Part shown: positions 1 through 12,433 of the stretch, piece by piece
Layout: each line of letters begins with the position of its first letter
How positions within the stretch are numbered: position 1 is the stretch's first letter
Source of the DNA: Escherichia coli
GTDB taxonomy: Bacteria; Pseudomonadota; Gammaproteobacteria; Enterobacterales; Enterobacteriaceae
Length of the DNA: 64,000 nt
Direction: 5' to 3' (one strand)
Assembly: GCF_003790525.1 (NCBI RefSeq)
Contig: NZ_CP033635.1
Notes under the pieces: model-generated
Seen by the model: only the letters and a program-made list of their open reading frames with translations
What the model was told of the DNA's origin: nothing
The model's database searches: none
Made by a program: the position numbers and the translations under genes

Positions 1-1221
<1,221 letters not shown>

Positions 1222-1224
1222 GGG

Positions 1225-2121
1225 TTATTCCTTTTCCAGAGCCTTGCGAATAAAACCGCCGTGTTGATCCAGGCATTTTTTAGCTTCATCGGCATCGAGA
1301 TTTTTCAGTACCATCACAATGGCCGTTTTACAGTTGCGCTTGCAAGCAATTAACGCTGTTTCCGCTTGTTCGGCGCTACATCCGGTGGCGTTTTTAACGA
1401 TATTGACCTGGCGCACATGCAATTTTTCGTTGGTGGCGACCACATCGACCATCAGGTTGCCGAACACTTTGCCGGATTTAATCATCAGCCCGGTAGAGAG
1501 CATATTGAGCACCAGTTTCTGCGCTGTGCCTGCTTTCATTCGCGAAGAACCGGTAACCACTTCGGCACCAACCACCGGCGTAATAGCAAACTCAGCGGTG
1601 GTGGAAACCGCGCTCCCTGGATTACAGGAAATTCCCACTGTGCGGCAGCCGAGCTGGTGTGCGTATTCCAGTCCGGCAATTACATACGGCGTGCGACCAC
1701 TGGCCGCAATGCCAACCACCACATCCTGCGCGGTTAAGCCGATGTTTTTCAGATCGTTAACACCACCTTCCCGGCTATCTTCAGCGCCTTCCACCGCGTG
1801 CTGAATGGCATATTCGCCTCCAGCAATCAAACCAACCACCAAACCCGGTTTCACGCCGTAGGTCGGCGGACATTCGCTGGCATCAAGAATCCCCAGACGA
1901 CCGGATGTTCCCGCACCGAGATAAATCAGACGACCGCCGCCGCTTACCTGGGCGTGGATAACATCGATTGCCGCGGCGATATCCGGCAGTACGCGCTCAA
2001 CGGCAAGCGGCACGGTTTTATCTTCATCGTTGATAATCCGGCACATTTCCAGCGTTGATACGCGGTCAATTTCAGCCGAGGCGGCATTCGAGCCTTCAGT
2101 AATCATCTTTTCAAGTTGCAT
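1225..2121 (-). CDS. murQ: N-acetylmuramic acid 6-phosphate etherase
   Basis: 298-aa ORF with the SIS-domain etherase sequence ([21 protein letters not shown]...); divergent from murR. Confidence 0.95.
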
Positions 2122-2284
2122 CGGTGGTGACCTTACTATTTACGATCAAATAATTGCAGATGTATGGAATCATATATCCCGAATTGACAGACTTAAAGGA
2201 ATCATTGAGTCTACACTCGCAGAGTGTGAAGAGCGTCATAAGAACTTAAGCGGAATTTTTGCTGCCAGCCCAGGAGAGTGGAAG

Positions 2285-3142
2285 ATGTTGTACCTGACGA
2301 AAATACGCAATGCGGAAAGTGAATTTACCGGGAACGAGCAAAAAATTGCTGACTTTCTGCGGGCCAACGTGAGTGAGCTGAAATCCGTCTCTTCGCGCAA
2401 GATGGCGAAACAGCTCGGCATCAGCCAGTCGAGTATTGTGAAGTTTGCCCAGAAGCTCGGCGCGCAAGGATTTACTGAATTGCGTATGGCGTTAATTGGC
2501 GAATACAGTGCCAGCCGGGAGAAAACGAATGCCACGGCGCTGCACCTGCACAGTTCGATTACCAGTGATGATTCGCTGGAAGTGATTGCCCGTAAACTGA
2601 ATCGCGAAAAAGAGCAGGCGCTGGAGCAAACCTGCGCGTTGTTTGACTACGCGCGGCTGCAAAAAATCATTGAGGTCATCAGTAAAGCACCGTTTATCCA
2701 GATAACGGGCCTGGGCGGGTCGGCGCTGGTGGGGCGCGATCTGTCGTTCAAACTGATGAAAATTGGTTATCGCGTGGCCTGTGAGGCCGACACCCACGTA
2801 CAAGCCACCGTTTCTCAGGCGCTAAAAAAAGGCGATGTACAAATCGCTATCTCTTACAGTGGCAGTAAAAAAGAGATTGTCTTGTGCGCCGAGGCAGCGC
2901 GAAAGCAGGGGGCGACGGTGATTGCCATTACCTCATTAACCGATTCCCCGCTGCGGCGGCTGGCGCATTACACCCTCGATACCGTTTCTGGCGAAACCGA
3001 ATGGCGCAGCTCGTCGATGTCCACCCGCACGGCGCAAAATTCTGTTACCGATTTACTGTTTGTTGGCCTTGTGCAACTCAATGATGTGGAGTCATTGAAA
3101 ATGATTGAGCGCAGCAGTGAGCTAACGCAACGCCTGAAATGA
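2285..3142 (+). CDS. murR: RpiR/SIS-family transcriptional repressor of murQP
   Basis: In-frame ATG at 2285 gives 285 aa ([25 protein letters not shown]...); the track ORF from 2030 is a 5' over-extension overlapping murQ. Confidence 0.88.
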
Positions 3143-3270
3143 TGCATAAAGCAGCGACTGGATTGAGATTTTCCTGAATTAGTGAGCTGATCCGCAGCAA
3201 TATTTTGTTTATCCTGTATTTTCAGAGGGAATGGAGTGTAACGCTCTGTATTAACAAGGAGAGCATTAAA

Positions 3271-4062
3271 ATGGGTAAACTCACGGGCAAGACAGCACTG
3301 ATTACGGGCGCATTGCAGGGAATTGGCGAAGGAATTGCCAGAACTTTTGCGCGTCATGGCGCAAACCTAATCTTGCTGGATATCTCCCCTGAGATCGAAA
3401 AGCTGGCGGACGAACTGTGTGGTCGTGGTCATCGCTGTACGGCGGTTGTCGCCGATGTGCGTGACCCGGCGTCGGTCGCCGCAGCTATCAAGCGTGCGAA
3501 GGAAAAAGAAGGGCGCATTGATATCCTGGTGAATAACGCAGGCGTTTGTCGTCTGGGAAGTTTCCTCGATATGAGCGATGAAGATCGCGATTTCCATATT
3601 GATATCAATATAAAAGGCGTATGGAACGTCACGAAGGCGGTGTTGCCGGAGATGATTGCCCGCAAAGATGGTCGCATTGTGATGATGTCTTCAGTCACTG
3701 GCGATATGGTGGCCGATCCGGGTGAAACGGCGTATGCCTTAACGAAAGCGGCGATTGTTGGCCTGACTAAATCGCTGGCGGTGGAGTACGCGCAGTCTGG
3801 TATTCGCGTTAACGCCATCTGCCCCGGATACGTTCGCACGCCAATGGCGGAAAGCATTGCCCGCCAGTCGAACCCGGAAGATCCAGAATCGGTGCTGACT
3901 GAAATGGCGAAAGCAATCCCGATGCGTCGCCTCGCCGATCCGCTGGAAGTCGGCGAACTGGCGGCCTTCCTCGCATCGGATGAATCCAGCTATTTAACCG
4001 GTACACAGAATGTGATTGATGGCGGCAGCACACTGCCGGAGACGGTTAGCGTCGGCATCTGA
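3271..4062 (+). CDS. ucpA: Short-chain dehydrogenase/reductase (furfural resistance oxidoreductase)
   Basis: 263 aa from MGKLTGKTALITGALQGIGEGIA... with Rossmann TGxxxGIG motif; internal ATG of track ORF 3205..4062. Confidence 0.9.
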   Translation: MGKLTGKTALITGALQGIGEGIARTFARHGANLILLDISPEIEKLADELCGRGHRCTAVVADVRDPASVAAAIKRAKEKEGRIDILVNNAGVCRLGSFLDMSDEDRDFHIDINIKGVWNVTKAVLPEMIARKDGRIVMMSSVTGDMVADPGETAYALTKAAIVGLTKSLAVEYAQSGIRVNAICPGYVRTPMAESIARQSNPEDPESVLTEMAKAIPMRRLADPLEVGELAAFLASDESSYLTGTQNVIDGGSTLPETVSVGI

Positions 4063-4219
4063 TTCACCTCTGTTTCCTCCCTGCATTTGTGGGGAGGATT
4101 TCGTCTTATTCCCTTTTCAACTTCCAAATCACCAAACGGTATATAAAACCGTTACTCCTTTCACGTCCGTTATAAATATGATGGCTATTAGAAAGTCATT
4201 TAATTAATAAGGGTGCGCA

Positions 4220-5236
4220 ATGGCCGTTAACTTACTGAAAAAGAACTCACTCGCGCTGGTCGCTTCTCTGCTGCTGGCGGGCCATGTACAGGCAACGGAA
4301 CTGCTGAACAGTTCTTATGACGTCTCCCGCGAGCTGTTTGCCGCCCTGAATCCGCCGTTTGAGCAACAATGGGCAAAAGATAACGGCGGCGACAAACTGA
4401 CGATAAAACAATCTCATGCCGGATCATCAAAACAGGCGCTGGCGATTTTACAGGGCTTAAAAGCCGACGTTGTCACTTATAACCAGGTGACCGACGTACA
4501 AATCCTGCACGATAAAGGCAAGCTGATCCCGGCCGACTGGCAGTCGCGCCTGCCGAATAATAGCTCGCCGTTCTACTCCACCATGGGTTTCCTGGTACGT
4601 AAGGGCAACCCGAAGAATATCCACGACTGGAACGATCTGGTGCGCTCCGACGTGAAGCTGATTTTCCCGAACCCAAAAACCTCCGGTAACGCGCGTTATA
4701 CCTATCTGGCGGCATGGGGCGCAGCGGATAAAGCTGACGGTGGCGACAAAGCCAAAACCGAACAGTTTATGACCCAGTTCCTGAAAAACGTTGAAGTGTT
4801 CGATACTGGCGGTCGTGGCGCGACCACCACTTTTGCCGAGCGCGGCCTGGGCGATGTGCTGATCAGCTTCGAGTCGGAAGTGAACAACATCCGCAAACAG
4901 TATGAAGCGCAGGGCTTTGAAGTGGTGATTCCGAAAACCAATATTCTGGCGGAATTCCCGGTGGCGTGGGTCGATAAAAACGTGCAGGCCAACGGTACGG
5001 AAAAAGCAGCAAAAGCTTACCTGAACTGGCTCTACAGCCCGCAGGCGCAAACCATCATCACCGACTATTACTACCGCGTAAATAACCCGGAGGTGATGGA
5101 CAAACTGAAAGACAAATTCCCGCAGACCGAACTGTTCCGCGTGGAAGACAAATTTGGCTCCTGGCCGGAAGTGATGAAAACCCACTTCACCAGCGGCGGC
5201 GAGTTAGACAAGCTGTTAGCGGCGGGGCGTAACTGA
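4220..5236 (+). CDS. cysP: Thiosulfate/sulfate ABC transporter periplasmic binding protein
   Basis: 338-aa ORF with signal peptide; first gene of the cysPUWAM cluster. Confidence 0.95.
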   Translation: MAVNLLKKNSLALVASLLLAGHVQATELLNSSYDVSRELFAALNPPFEQQWAKDNGGDKLTIKQSHAGSSKQALAILQGLKADVVTYNQVTDVQILHDKGKLIPADWQSRLPNNSSPFYSTMGFLVRKGNPKNIHDWNDLVRSDVKLIFPNPKTSGNARYTYLAAWGAADKADGGDKAKTEQFMTQFLKNVEVFDTGGRGATTTFAERGLGDVLISFESEVNNIRKQYEAQGFEVVIPKTNILAEFPVAWVDKNVQANGTEKAAKAYLNWLYSPQAQTIITDYYYRVNNPEVMDKLKDKFPQTELFRVEDKFGSWPEVMKTHFTSGGELDKLLAAGRN

Positions 5237-6069
5237 TGTTTGCAGTTTCATCAAGACGCGTGCTGCCGGGCTTTACCTTAAGCCTCGGCACCAGTCTGCT
5301 GTTTGTTTGCCTGATTTTGCTGCTGCCGCTCTCCGCGCTGGTGATGCAGCTCTCTGAGATGAGCTGGGCGCAGTACTGGGAGGTGATCACCAACCCGCAG
5401 GTGGTCGCAGCCTATAAAGTGACGCTGCTGTCGGCGTTTGTCGCGTCGATTTTTAACGGCGTTTTCGGTCTGCTGATGGCGTGGATCTTAACCCGCTATC
5501 GCTTTCCGGGCCGCACGCTGCTTGATGCGCTGATGGATTTACCCTTTGCGCTGCCAACGGCAGTCGCCGGTTTAACGCTGGCCTCGCTCTTTTCCGTGAA
5601 CGGTTTTTACGGTGAATGGCTGGCGAAGTTTGATATCAAAGTCACCTATACCTGGCTGGGGATCGCGGTGGCGATGGCCTTTACCAGCATTCCGTTTGTG
5701 GTGCGTACCGTGCAGCCGGTGCTGGAAGAGTTAGGCCCGGAATATGAAGAAGCGGCGGAAACGCTTGGCGCAACGCGCTGGCAGAGTTTCTGCAAAGTGG
5801 TGCTGCCGGAACTTTCTCCGGCGCTGGTGGCGGGCGTGGCGCTGTCGTTTACCCGTAGTCTTGGTGAATTTGGCGCGGTGATTTTCATCGCCGGGAACAT
5901 TGCCTGGAAGACGGAAGTGACGTCGCTGATGATTTTTGTTCGCTTACAGGAGTTTGATTACCCGGCGGCGAGCGCGATTGCTTCGGTGATCCTCGCGGCA
6001 TCCCTGTTGCTGCTGTTCTCAATTAACACTCTGCAAAGTCGCTTTGGTCGGCGTGTGGTAGGTCATTAA
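5236..6069 (+). CDS. cysU: Sulfate/thiosulfate ABC transporter permease
   Basis: 277-aa polytopic membrane protein; start overlaps the cysP stop (ATGA-type coupling). Confidence 0.95.
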   Translation: MFAVSSRRVLPGFTLSLGTSLLFVCLILLLPLSALVMQLSEMSWAQYWEVITNPQVVAAYKVTLLSAFVASIFNGVFGLLMAWILTRYRFPGRTLLDALMDLPFALPTAVAGLTLASLFSVNGFYGEWLAKFDIKVTYTWLGIAVAMAFTSIPFVVRTVQPVLEELGPEYEEAAETLGATRWQSFCKVVLPELSPALVAGVALSFTRSLGEFGAVIFIAGNIAWKTEVTSLMIFVRLQEFDYPAASAIASVILAASLLLLFSINTLQSRFGRRVVGH

Positions 6070-6944
6070 TGGCGGAAGTGACACAATTGAAGCGTTATGA
6101 CGCGCGCCCGATTAACTGGGGCAAATGGTTTCTGATTGGCATCGGGATGCTGGTTTCGGCGTTCATCCTGCTGGTGCCGATGATTTACATCTTCGTGCAG
6201 GCGTTCAGCAAAGGGCTGATGCCGGTTTTACAGAATCTGGCCGATCCGGACATGCTGCACGCCATCTGGCTGACGGTGATGATTGCGCTGATTGCCGTGC
6301 CGGTGAACCTGGTGTTCGGCATTCTGCTGGCCTGGCTGGTGACGCGCTTTAACTTCCCCGGACGCCAGTTGCTGCTGACGCTGCTGGACATTCCGTTTGC
6401 CGTGTCGCCGGTGGTTGCCGGTCTGGTGTATCTGCTGTTTTACGGCTCTAACGGCCCGCTCGGTGGCTGGCTGGATGAACATAATCTGCAAATTATGTTC
6501 TCCTGGCCGGGAATGGTGCTGGTCACCATCTTCGTGACCTGTCCGTTTGTGGTGCGCGAGCTGGTGCCGGTAATGTTAAGCCAGGGCAGCCAGGAAGACG
6601 AAACAGCGATTTTGCTGGGCGCATCTGGCTGGCAGATGTTCCGTCGCGTCACGCTGCCGAACATCCGCTGGGCGCTGCTTTATGGCGTGGTGCTGACCAA
6701 CGCCCGCGCGATTGGCGAGTTTGGTGCGGTGTCGGTAGTTTCCGGCTCGATTCGCGGCGAAACACTTTCGCTGCCGTTACAGATTGAATTGCTGGAGCAG
6801 GACTACAACACCGTCGGCTCCTTTACCGCTGCCGCGTTGTTGACGCTGATGGCGATTATCACCCTGTTTTTAAAGAGTATGTTGCAGTGGCGTCTGGAGA
6901 ATCAGGAAAAACGCGCGCAGCAGGAGGAACATCATGAGCATTGA
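6069..6944 (+). CDS. cysW: Sulfate/thiosulfate ABC transporter permease
   Basis: 291-aa membrane protein; start overlaps the cysU stop. Confidence 0.95.
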   Translation: MAEVTQLKRYDARPINWGKWFLIGIGMLVSAFILLVPMIYIFVQAFSKGLMPVLQNLADPDMLHAIWLTVMIALIAVPVNLVFGILLAWLVTRFNFPGRQLLLTLLDIPFAVSPVVAGLVYLLFYGSNGPLGGWLDEHNLQIMFSWPGMVLVTIFVTCPFVVRELVPVMLSQGSQEDETAILLGASGWQMFRRVTLPNIRWALLYGVVLTNARAIGEFGAVSVVSGSIRGETLSLPLQIELLEQDYNTVGSFTAAALLTLMAIITLFLKSMLQWRLENQEKRAQQEEHHEH

Positions 6945-8031
6945 GATTGCCAATATTAAGAAGTCTTTTGGTCGCACCCAGGTGCTGAACGATATCTCAC
7001 TGGATATTCCTTCTGGTCAGATGGTCGCGTTGCTGGGGCCGTCCGGTTCCGGGAAAACCACGCTGCTGCGGATTATCGCCGGGCTGGAGCATCAAACCAG
7101 CGGGCATATTCGCTTCCACGGCACCGACGTTAGCCGCCTGCATGCGCGCGACCGTAAAGTCGGTTTCGTGTTCCAGCATTACGCGTTGTTCCGCCATATG
7201 ACGGTATTCGACAATATCGCTTTTGGCCTGACGGTGCTACCGCGTCGCGAGCGCCCGAATGCGGCGGCGATCAAAGCGAAAGTGACAAAATTGCTGGAGA
7301 TGGTGCAGCTTGCCCATCTGGCAGACCGCTATCCTGCGCAGCTTTCCGGCGGCCAGAAACAGCGTGTGGCGCTGGCGCGCGCGCTGGCTGTAGAACCGCA
7401 AATTCTGCTGCTTGATGAACCGTTTGGCGCGCTGGATGCGCAGGTGCGTAAAGAGTTGCGTCGCTGGCTGCGTCAGTTACATGAAGAGCTGAAATTCACC
7501 AGCGTGTTTGTGACCCATGACCAGGAAGAAGCGACCGAAGTAGCCGATCGTGTAGTGGTGATGAGCCAGGGCAATATCGAGCAGGCTGATGCACCGGACC
7601 AGGTCTGGCGCGAACCAGCGACCCGTTTTGTACTCGAATTTATGGGCGAAGTTAACCGCCTGCAGGGAACCATTCGCGGCGGGCAGTTCCATGTTGGCGC
7701 ACATCGCTGGCCGCTGGGCTATACACCTGCGTATCAGGGGCCAGTGGATCTCTTCCTGCGTCCGTGGGAAGTGGATATCAGCCGCCGTACCAGCCTCGAT
7801 TCGCCGCTGCCGGTACAGGTACTGGAAGCCAGCCCGAAAGGCCACTACACCCAATTAGTCGTGCAGCCGCTGGGGTGGTACAACGAAGCGCTGACGGTCG
7901 TGATGCACGGCGACGACGCCCCGCAACGTGGCGAGCGTTTATTCGTTGGTCTGCAACATGCGCGGCTGTATAACGGCGACGAGCGTATTGAAACCCGCGA
8001 TGAGGAACTTGCTCTCGCACAAAGCGCCTGA
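6934..8031 (+). CDS. cysA: Sulfate/thiosulfate ABC transporter ATP-binding protein
   Basis: 365 aa with Walker [10 protein letters not shown] and ABC signature [15 protein letters not shown]. Confidence 0.95.
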   Translation: MSIEIANIKKSFGRTQVLNDISLDIPSGQMVALLGPSGSGKTTLLRIIAGLEHQTSGHIRFHGTDVSRLHARDRKVGFVFQHYALFRHMTVFDNIAFGLTVLPRRERPNAAAIKAKVTKLLEMVQLAHLADRYPAQLSGGQKQRVALARALAVEPQILLLDEPFGALDAQVRKELRRWLRQLHEELKFTSVFVTHDQEEATEVADRVVVMSQGNIEQADAPDQVWREPATRFVLEFMGEVNRLQGTIRGGQFHVGAHRWPLGYTPAYQGPVDLFLRPWEVDISRRTSLDSPLPVQVLEASPKGHYTQLVVQPLGWYNEALTVVMHGDDAPQRGERLFVGLQHARLYNGDERIETRDEELALAQSA

Positions 8032-8097
8032 TAGGTTGAGTGAATGTTAAACGCCCGGAGGCGCTTCCCGCGATCCGGGCTTTTTAATGGCAAGGTT

Positions 8098-8141
8098 TGT
8101 AACCTGTAGGTCTGATAAGACGCGCAAGCGTCGCATCAGGC
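8098..8141. repeat. REP (repetitive extragenic palindromic) element in the cysA-cysM intergenic region
   Basis: gtaacctgtaggtctgataagacgcgcaagcgtcgcatcaggca, whose reverse complement fits the GCCTGATGCG...CTTATCAG..CTAC REP pattern. Confidence 0.6.
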
Positions 8142-8164
8142 AACACCACGTATGGACAGAGATC

Positions 8165-9076
8165 GTGAGTACATTAGAACAAACAATTGGCAATACGCCT
8201 CTGGTGAAGTTGCAGCGAATGGGGCCGAATAACGGCAGTGAAGTCTGGTTGAAACTGGAAGGCAATAACCCGGCAGGTTCGGTAAAAGATCGTGCGGCAC
8301 TTTCGATGATCGTCGAGGCGGAAAAGCGCGGCGAGATTAAACCGGGTGATGTGTTGATCGAAGCCACCAGTGGTAACACCGGCATTGCGCTGGCAATGAT
8401 TGCCGCGCTTAAAGGCTATCGCATGAAATTGCTGATGCCCGACAACATGAGCCAGGAACGCCGTGCGGCAATGCGTGCCTACGGTGCGGAACTGATTCTG
8501 GTCACCAAAGAGCAGGGCATGGAAGGTGCGCGCGATCTGGCGCTGGAGATGGCCAATCGTGGTGAAGGAAAGCTGCTCGATCAGTTCAATAATCCTGATA
8601 ATCCCTTCGCCCATTACACCACCACCGGGCCGGAAATCTGGCAGCAGACTGGCGGGCGCATTACCCATTTTGTCTCCAGCATGGGAACAACCGGCACTAT
8701 CACCGGCGTTTCACGCTTTATGCGCGAACAATCCAAACCGGTGACCATTGTTGGCCTGCAGCCGGAAGAAGGCAGCAGTATTCCGGGCATTCGCCGCTGG
8801 CCTGCGGAATATCTGCCGGGGATTTTCAACGCTTCGCTGGTGGATGAGGTGCTGGATATTCATCAGCGCGATGCGGAAAACACCATGCGCGAACTGGCAG
8901 TGCGGGAAGGAATATTCTGTGGCGTCAGCTCCGGCGGCGCGGTTGCCGGAGCACTGCGGGTGGCAAAAGCTAACCCCGGCGCGGTGGTTGTGGCGATCAT
9001 CTGCGATCGCGGCGATCGTTACCTTTCTACCGGGGTGTTTGGGGAAGAGCATTTTAGCCAGGGGGCGGGGATTTAA
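8165..9076 (+). CDS. cysM: Cysteine synthase B (O-acetylserine sulfhydrylase B)
   Basis: GTG start at 8165 gives 303 aa (VSTLEQTIGNTPLVKLQRMGP...), PLP-enzyme fold; the track ORF from 8087 is a 5' extension through the REP. Confidence 0.9.
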   Translation: MSTLEQTIGNTPLVKLQRMGPNNGSEVWLKLEGNNPAGSVKDRAALSMIVEAEKRGEIKPGDVLIEATSGNTGIALAMIAALKGYRMKLLMPDNMSQERRAAMRAYGAELILVTKEQGMEGARDLALEMANRGEGKLLDQFNNPDNPFAHYTTTGPEIWQQTGGRITHFVSSMGTTGTITGVSRFMREQSKPVTIVGLQPEEGSSIPGIRRWPAEYLPGIFNASLVDEVLDIHQRDAENTMRELAVREGIFCGVSSGGAVAGALRVAKANPGAVVVAIICDRGDRYLSTGVFGEEHFSQGAGI

Positions 9077-9078
9077 GA

Positions 9079-9538
<460 letters not shown>

Positions 9539-9551
9539 GAGAAAAAATTAA

Positions 9552-10403
9552 ATGAGTAGTTTGTTGTTGTTTAACGATAAGAGCAGGGCACTGCAGGCGG
9601 ATATCGTTGCCGTGCAGTCGCAGGTAGTGTACGGCAGCGTAGGCAACAGCATTGCGGTGCCTGCTATCAAACAGAACGGCCTGAATGTCTTTGCCGTGCC
9701 GACGGTATTGCTGAGCAATACGCCGCATTATGACACTTTCTACGGTGGTGCGATTCCGGATGAATGGTTTAGCGGTTATTTGCGTGCGCTTCAGGAGCGT
9801 GATGCGCTGCGCCAACTTCGTGCTGTAACCACGGGCTATATGGGAACGGCATCGCAAATCAAAATCCTTGCCGAGTGGCTGACTGCGCTACGCAAAGACC
9901 ATTCTGACTTATTGATTATGGTCGATCCGGTGATCGGCGATATTGATAGCGGAATTTATGTCAAACCTGACCTTCCCGAAGCGTATCGACAATATTTACT
10001 GCCGCTGGCGCAGGGAATTACCCCCAATATCTTTGAGCTGGAAATCCTGACCGGTAAAAATTGCCGCGATCTCGACAGTGCCATTGCTGCCGCAAAAAGT
10101 CTGCTTTCAGACACATTAAAATGGGTGGTGATTACCAGCGCCTCCGGTAATGAAGAAAATCAGGAGATGCAGGTGGTGGTGGTCAGTGCCGACAGCGTGA
10201 ATGTCATTTCCCATTCACGGGTTAAAACTGACCTGAAAGGGACTGGCGACCTGTTTTGTGCTCAGCTTATCAGTGGTTTGCTGAAAGGGGAGGCGTTAAC
10301 CGATGCGGTGCACCGCGCGGGGTTGCGCGTACTGGAAGTGATGCGCTATACCCAGCAGCATGAGAGCGATGAATTGATTTTGCCGCCGCTGGCGGAAGCA
10401 TAA
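9552..10403 (+). CDS. pdxK: Pyridoxal/pyridoxine/pyridoxamine kinase
   Basis: 283-aa ORF matching PdxK ([32 protein letters not shown]...). Confidence 0.95.
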
Positions 10404-10411
10404 AAAAATGG

Positions 10412-10423
10412 CGCCGATGGGCG
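10412..10423. repeat. Left copy of the 12-bp target-site duplication (cgccgatgggcg) flanking IS4
   Basis: Identical 12-mer directly abuts both IS4 termini (10412-10423 and 11850-11861). Confidence 0.75.
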
Positions 10424-11849
10424 TAATGCCAGTCAGTTAAGCAACTGACTGGCTCTTTTTCGGGGCTGTGGGGTATTTCCAGGGCCTCTCCTTTACCACT
10501 CTCGGGAAGGCCCTTTCCCTTCTTGTCGGTAATTTCACAAGTTGTCCCATACTTGCAAGATCGCGCATCAGCTCCGGTATACGTCCCGGTGAAGCGCCCT
10601 GCAATGTCATCAGCATTCTCATCACCATTCCACATGATTCTGAGAAACTCAGTTGATTCGGCCAGTAACCTTTCAGATGTTCCGCCATTTTAATCATCTG
10701 ATATCTCACCAGATTATAAGCCAGTAAGACACCCCACAGCTCTTGCTCCACAAGCTCCGGTTTTTTACTTCTCAGCGTCAGCCTGCTCAGTTGCATCGTC
10801 TGTTTTATCTCCCTGTATCCCAGTTCGATTTCCCAGCGATGACTGTACAGATCCGCCATTTCTCCTCCGGGGAAGCGCATGGCGTCCGTCATCGACGTCA
10901 GCAGATGGCAGACTTTTCCTTTGCGCGTCACGGTCAGCAGGCGGGCTGTCACTTCATTTCCCAGTCCCGGCCACTTTTTTCGTGCCTGCGGGCTGGTTTT
11001 CAGCTTCACCAGATGATCGCCTTTACCCAGTTTTCTGATCTCTTCATATTGCGCTCCCTTTCTGAGAGGTATCATCCAGTGGCGGTGTTCTCCCGCCAGG
11101 CTCCAGGCATTTAACAGTCCCAGTGAGTAATAACCTTTATCCATTAACGTCAGAGTGTTATCGCCGGTTTGTTCTATAAGTTGCTCAGCAAGCTCATTTT
11201 CGCTGTTCTTCATCGTGCCGAAGGCTGCAGCCGTCAGCAGATGGCTGGTCAGTTCCATCTGGCAGACCATTTTGACCTGCGGGTAGAGCGCCGGGTTCCC
11301 GGCATGTGTCTGGCGGGGGAAGGCTGCATCGTTCTCTGGTGTATCCGGTGTGCGCCAGAACACACCATCGATGGCCAGCAGGGTCAGGCCGCACCAGTGC
11401 GGATGCGGCGTGGCGTTATGCCAGAGCTGCGCTGTTTTCGTGAACACGCGGCGGACAGCCTCACTTCCCAGGCGCTGGCGGGCCTGAATAACGGCACTGG
11501 GGGCAACGAAGGGGCGATTGCCCGGCAGCATGATGTCCAGGCGATTCACAATCTGGTGAAGAGGTTCTTTACGCTCAAGCGCCATGCCAACAATACACCA
11601 GACCATCATTTCGAGGGGAAGACGGCGCTTGCGTAGCGTTACAGTACCTGATTCGGCAAGGCAACGAGAGATGAGTTCGGGGTCGAGGTAATCCCCCAGA
11701 GAAGTCAGTGGGTTACGCAGAGAATCGTAACGGGATACCAGATCAAGAGCCTGTCCAATGTGCATAAAAAAATCCGGAAACAAGTGAGCGTTTCCGGATT
11801 CTTACACAGCCACTGGATCGGTCAACTGATCCTTAACTGATCGGCATTA
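10424..11849 (-). mobile_element. Insertion sequence IS4, 1426 bp, complete
   Basis: Terminal inverted repeats TAATGCCAGTCAGTTAAG (left) and TAATGCCGATCAGTTAAG (right, reverse complement), 16 of 18 matching; encodes the full-length transposase; flanked by a 12-bp direct repeat. Confidence 0.92.
10437..11765 (-). CDS. insG: IS4 transposase (DDE family)
   Basis: 442 aa from [26 protein letters not shown]..., the IS4 InsG sequence as I recall it; no frameshift or stop. Confidence 0.92.
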   Translation of the reverse strand: MHIGQALDLVSRYDSLRNPLTSLGDYLDPELISRCLAESGTVTLRKRRLPLEMMVWCIVGMALERKEPLHQIVNRLDIMLPGNRPFVAPSAVIQARQRLGSEAVRRVFTKTAQLWHNATPHPHWCGLTLLAIDGVFWRTPDTPENDAAFPRQTHAGNPALYPQVKMVCQMELTSHLLTAAAFGTMKNSENELAEQLIEQTGDNTLTLMDKGYYSLGLLNAWSLAGEHRHWMIPLRKGAQYEEIRKLGKGDHLVKLKTSPQARKKWPGLGNEVTARLLTVTRKGKVCHLLTSMTDAMRFPGGEMADLYSHRWEIELGYREIKQTMQLSRLTLRSKKPELVEQELWGVLLAYNLVRYQMIKMAEHLKGYWPNQLSFSESCGMVMRMLMTLQGASPGRIPELMRDLASMGQLVKLPTRRERAFPRVVKERPWKYPTAPKKSQSVA

Positions 11850-11861
11850 CGCCGATGGGCG
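11850..11861. repeat. Right copy of the 12-bp target-site duplication flanking IS4
   Basis: cgccgatgggcg, identical to 10412-10423. Confidence 0.75.
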
Positions 11862-11883
11862 CCATTTTTCACTGCGGCAAGAA

Positions 11884-12393
11884 TTACTTCTTGATGCGGA
11901 TAACCGGGGTTTCACCCACAGTCACGCTACCGGACAGTTTGATCAGTTCTTTGATTTCGTCCATGTTGGAGATAACAACCGGAGTCAGGGTAGACTTGGC
12001 TTTCTCTTCCAGCAGCGGCAGATCGAATTCAATCACGGTATCGCCAACTTTCACGCGCTGACCTTCTTCAGCAATACGCTTGAAGCCTTCGCCTTTCAGT
12101 TCAACGGTGTCGATACCGAAGTGGACGAACAGTTCAACGCCGCTATCAGATTCGATAGAGAACGCGTGGTTGGTTTCAAAGATTTTACCAATGGTGCCGT
12201 CTACAGGCGCGACCATTTTGTTACCCGTTGGTTTGATAGCAATGCCATCACCAACGATTTTTTCCGCAAAAACGACATCCGGCACGTCTTCGATATTGAC
12301 GATCTCGCCAGAGAGCGGAGCAATGATCTCAATAGTTCCGGTATCCTTCTTGTCGTCGGAAACCAGAGATTTCAGTTTATCGAACAAACCCAT
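11884..12393 (-). CDS. crr: PTS glucose-specific enzyme IIA
   Basis: 169-aa ORF ([39 protein letters not shown]...). Confidence 0.97.
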
Positions 12394-12433
12394 GATCTTC
12401 TCCTAAGCAGTAAATTGGGCCGCATCTCGTGGA

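Noticed and set aside
2030-3142. 5'-extended versions of murR (2030), ucpA (3205), cysM (8087), zipA (16943), ypeB (19987), pdeA (31941), nupC (35480), fryB (40117), lpxP (52831), yfdE (59189), insG (11783)
   Set aside because: The extensions overlap upstream genes or intergenic structures and lack the conserved N-termini; internal in-frame starts give the expected protein lengths.
4457-5185. 242-aa minus-strand ORF (similar cases: 1319..1804, 8174..8668, 19167..19808, 39398..39963, 42045..42674 and others)
   Set aside because: These lie entirely inside well-supported genes on the opposite strand (cysP, murQ, cysM, ligA, glk, ypdF) and have no start-site context; they are shadow ORFs typical of GC-rich coding DNA.
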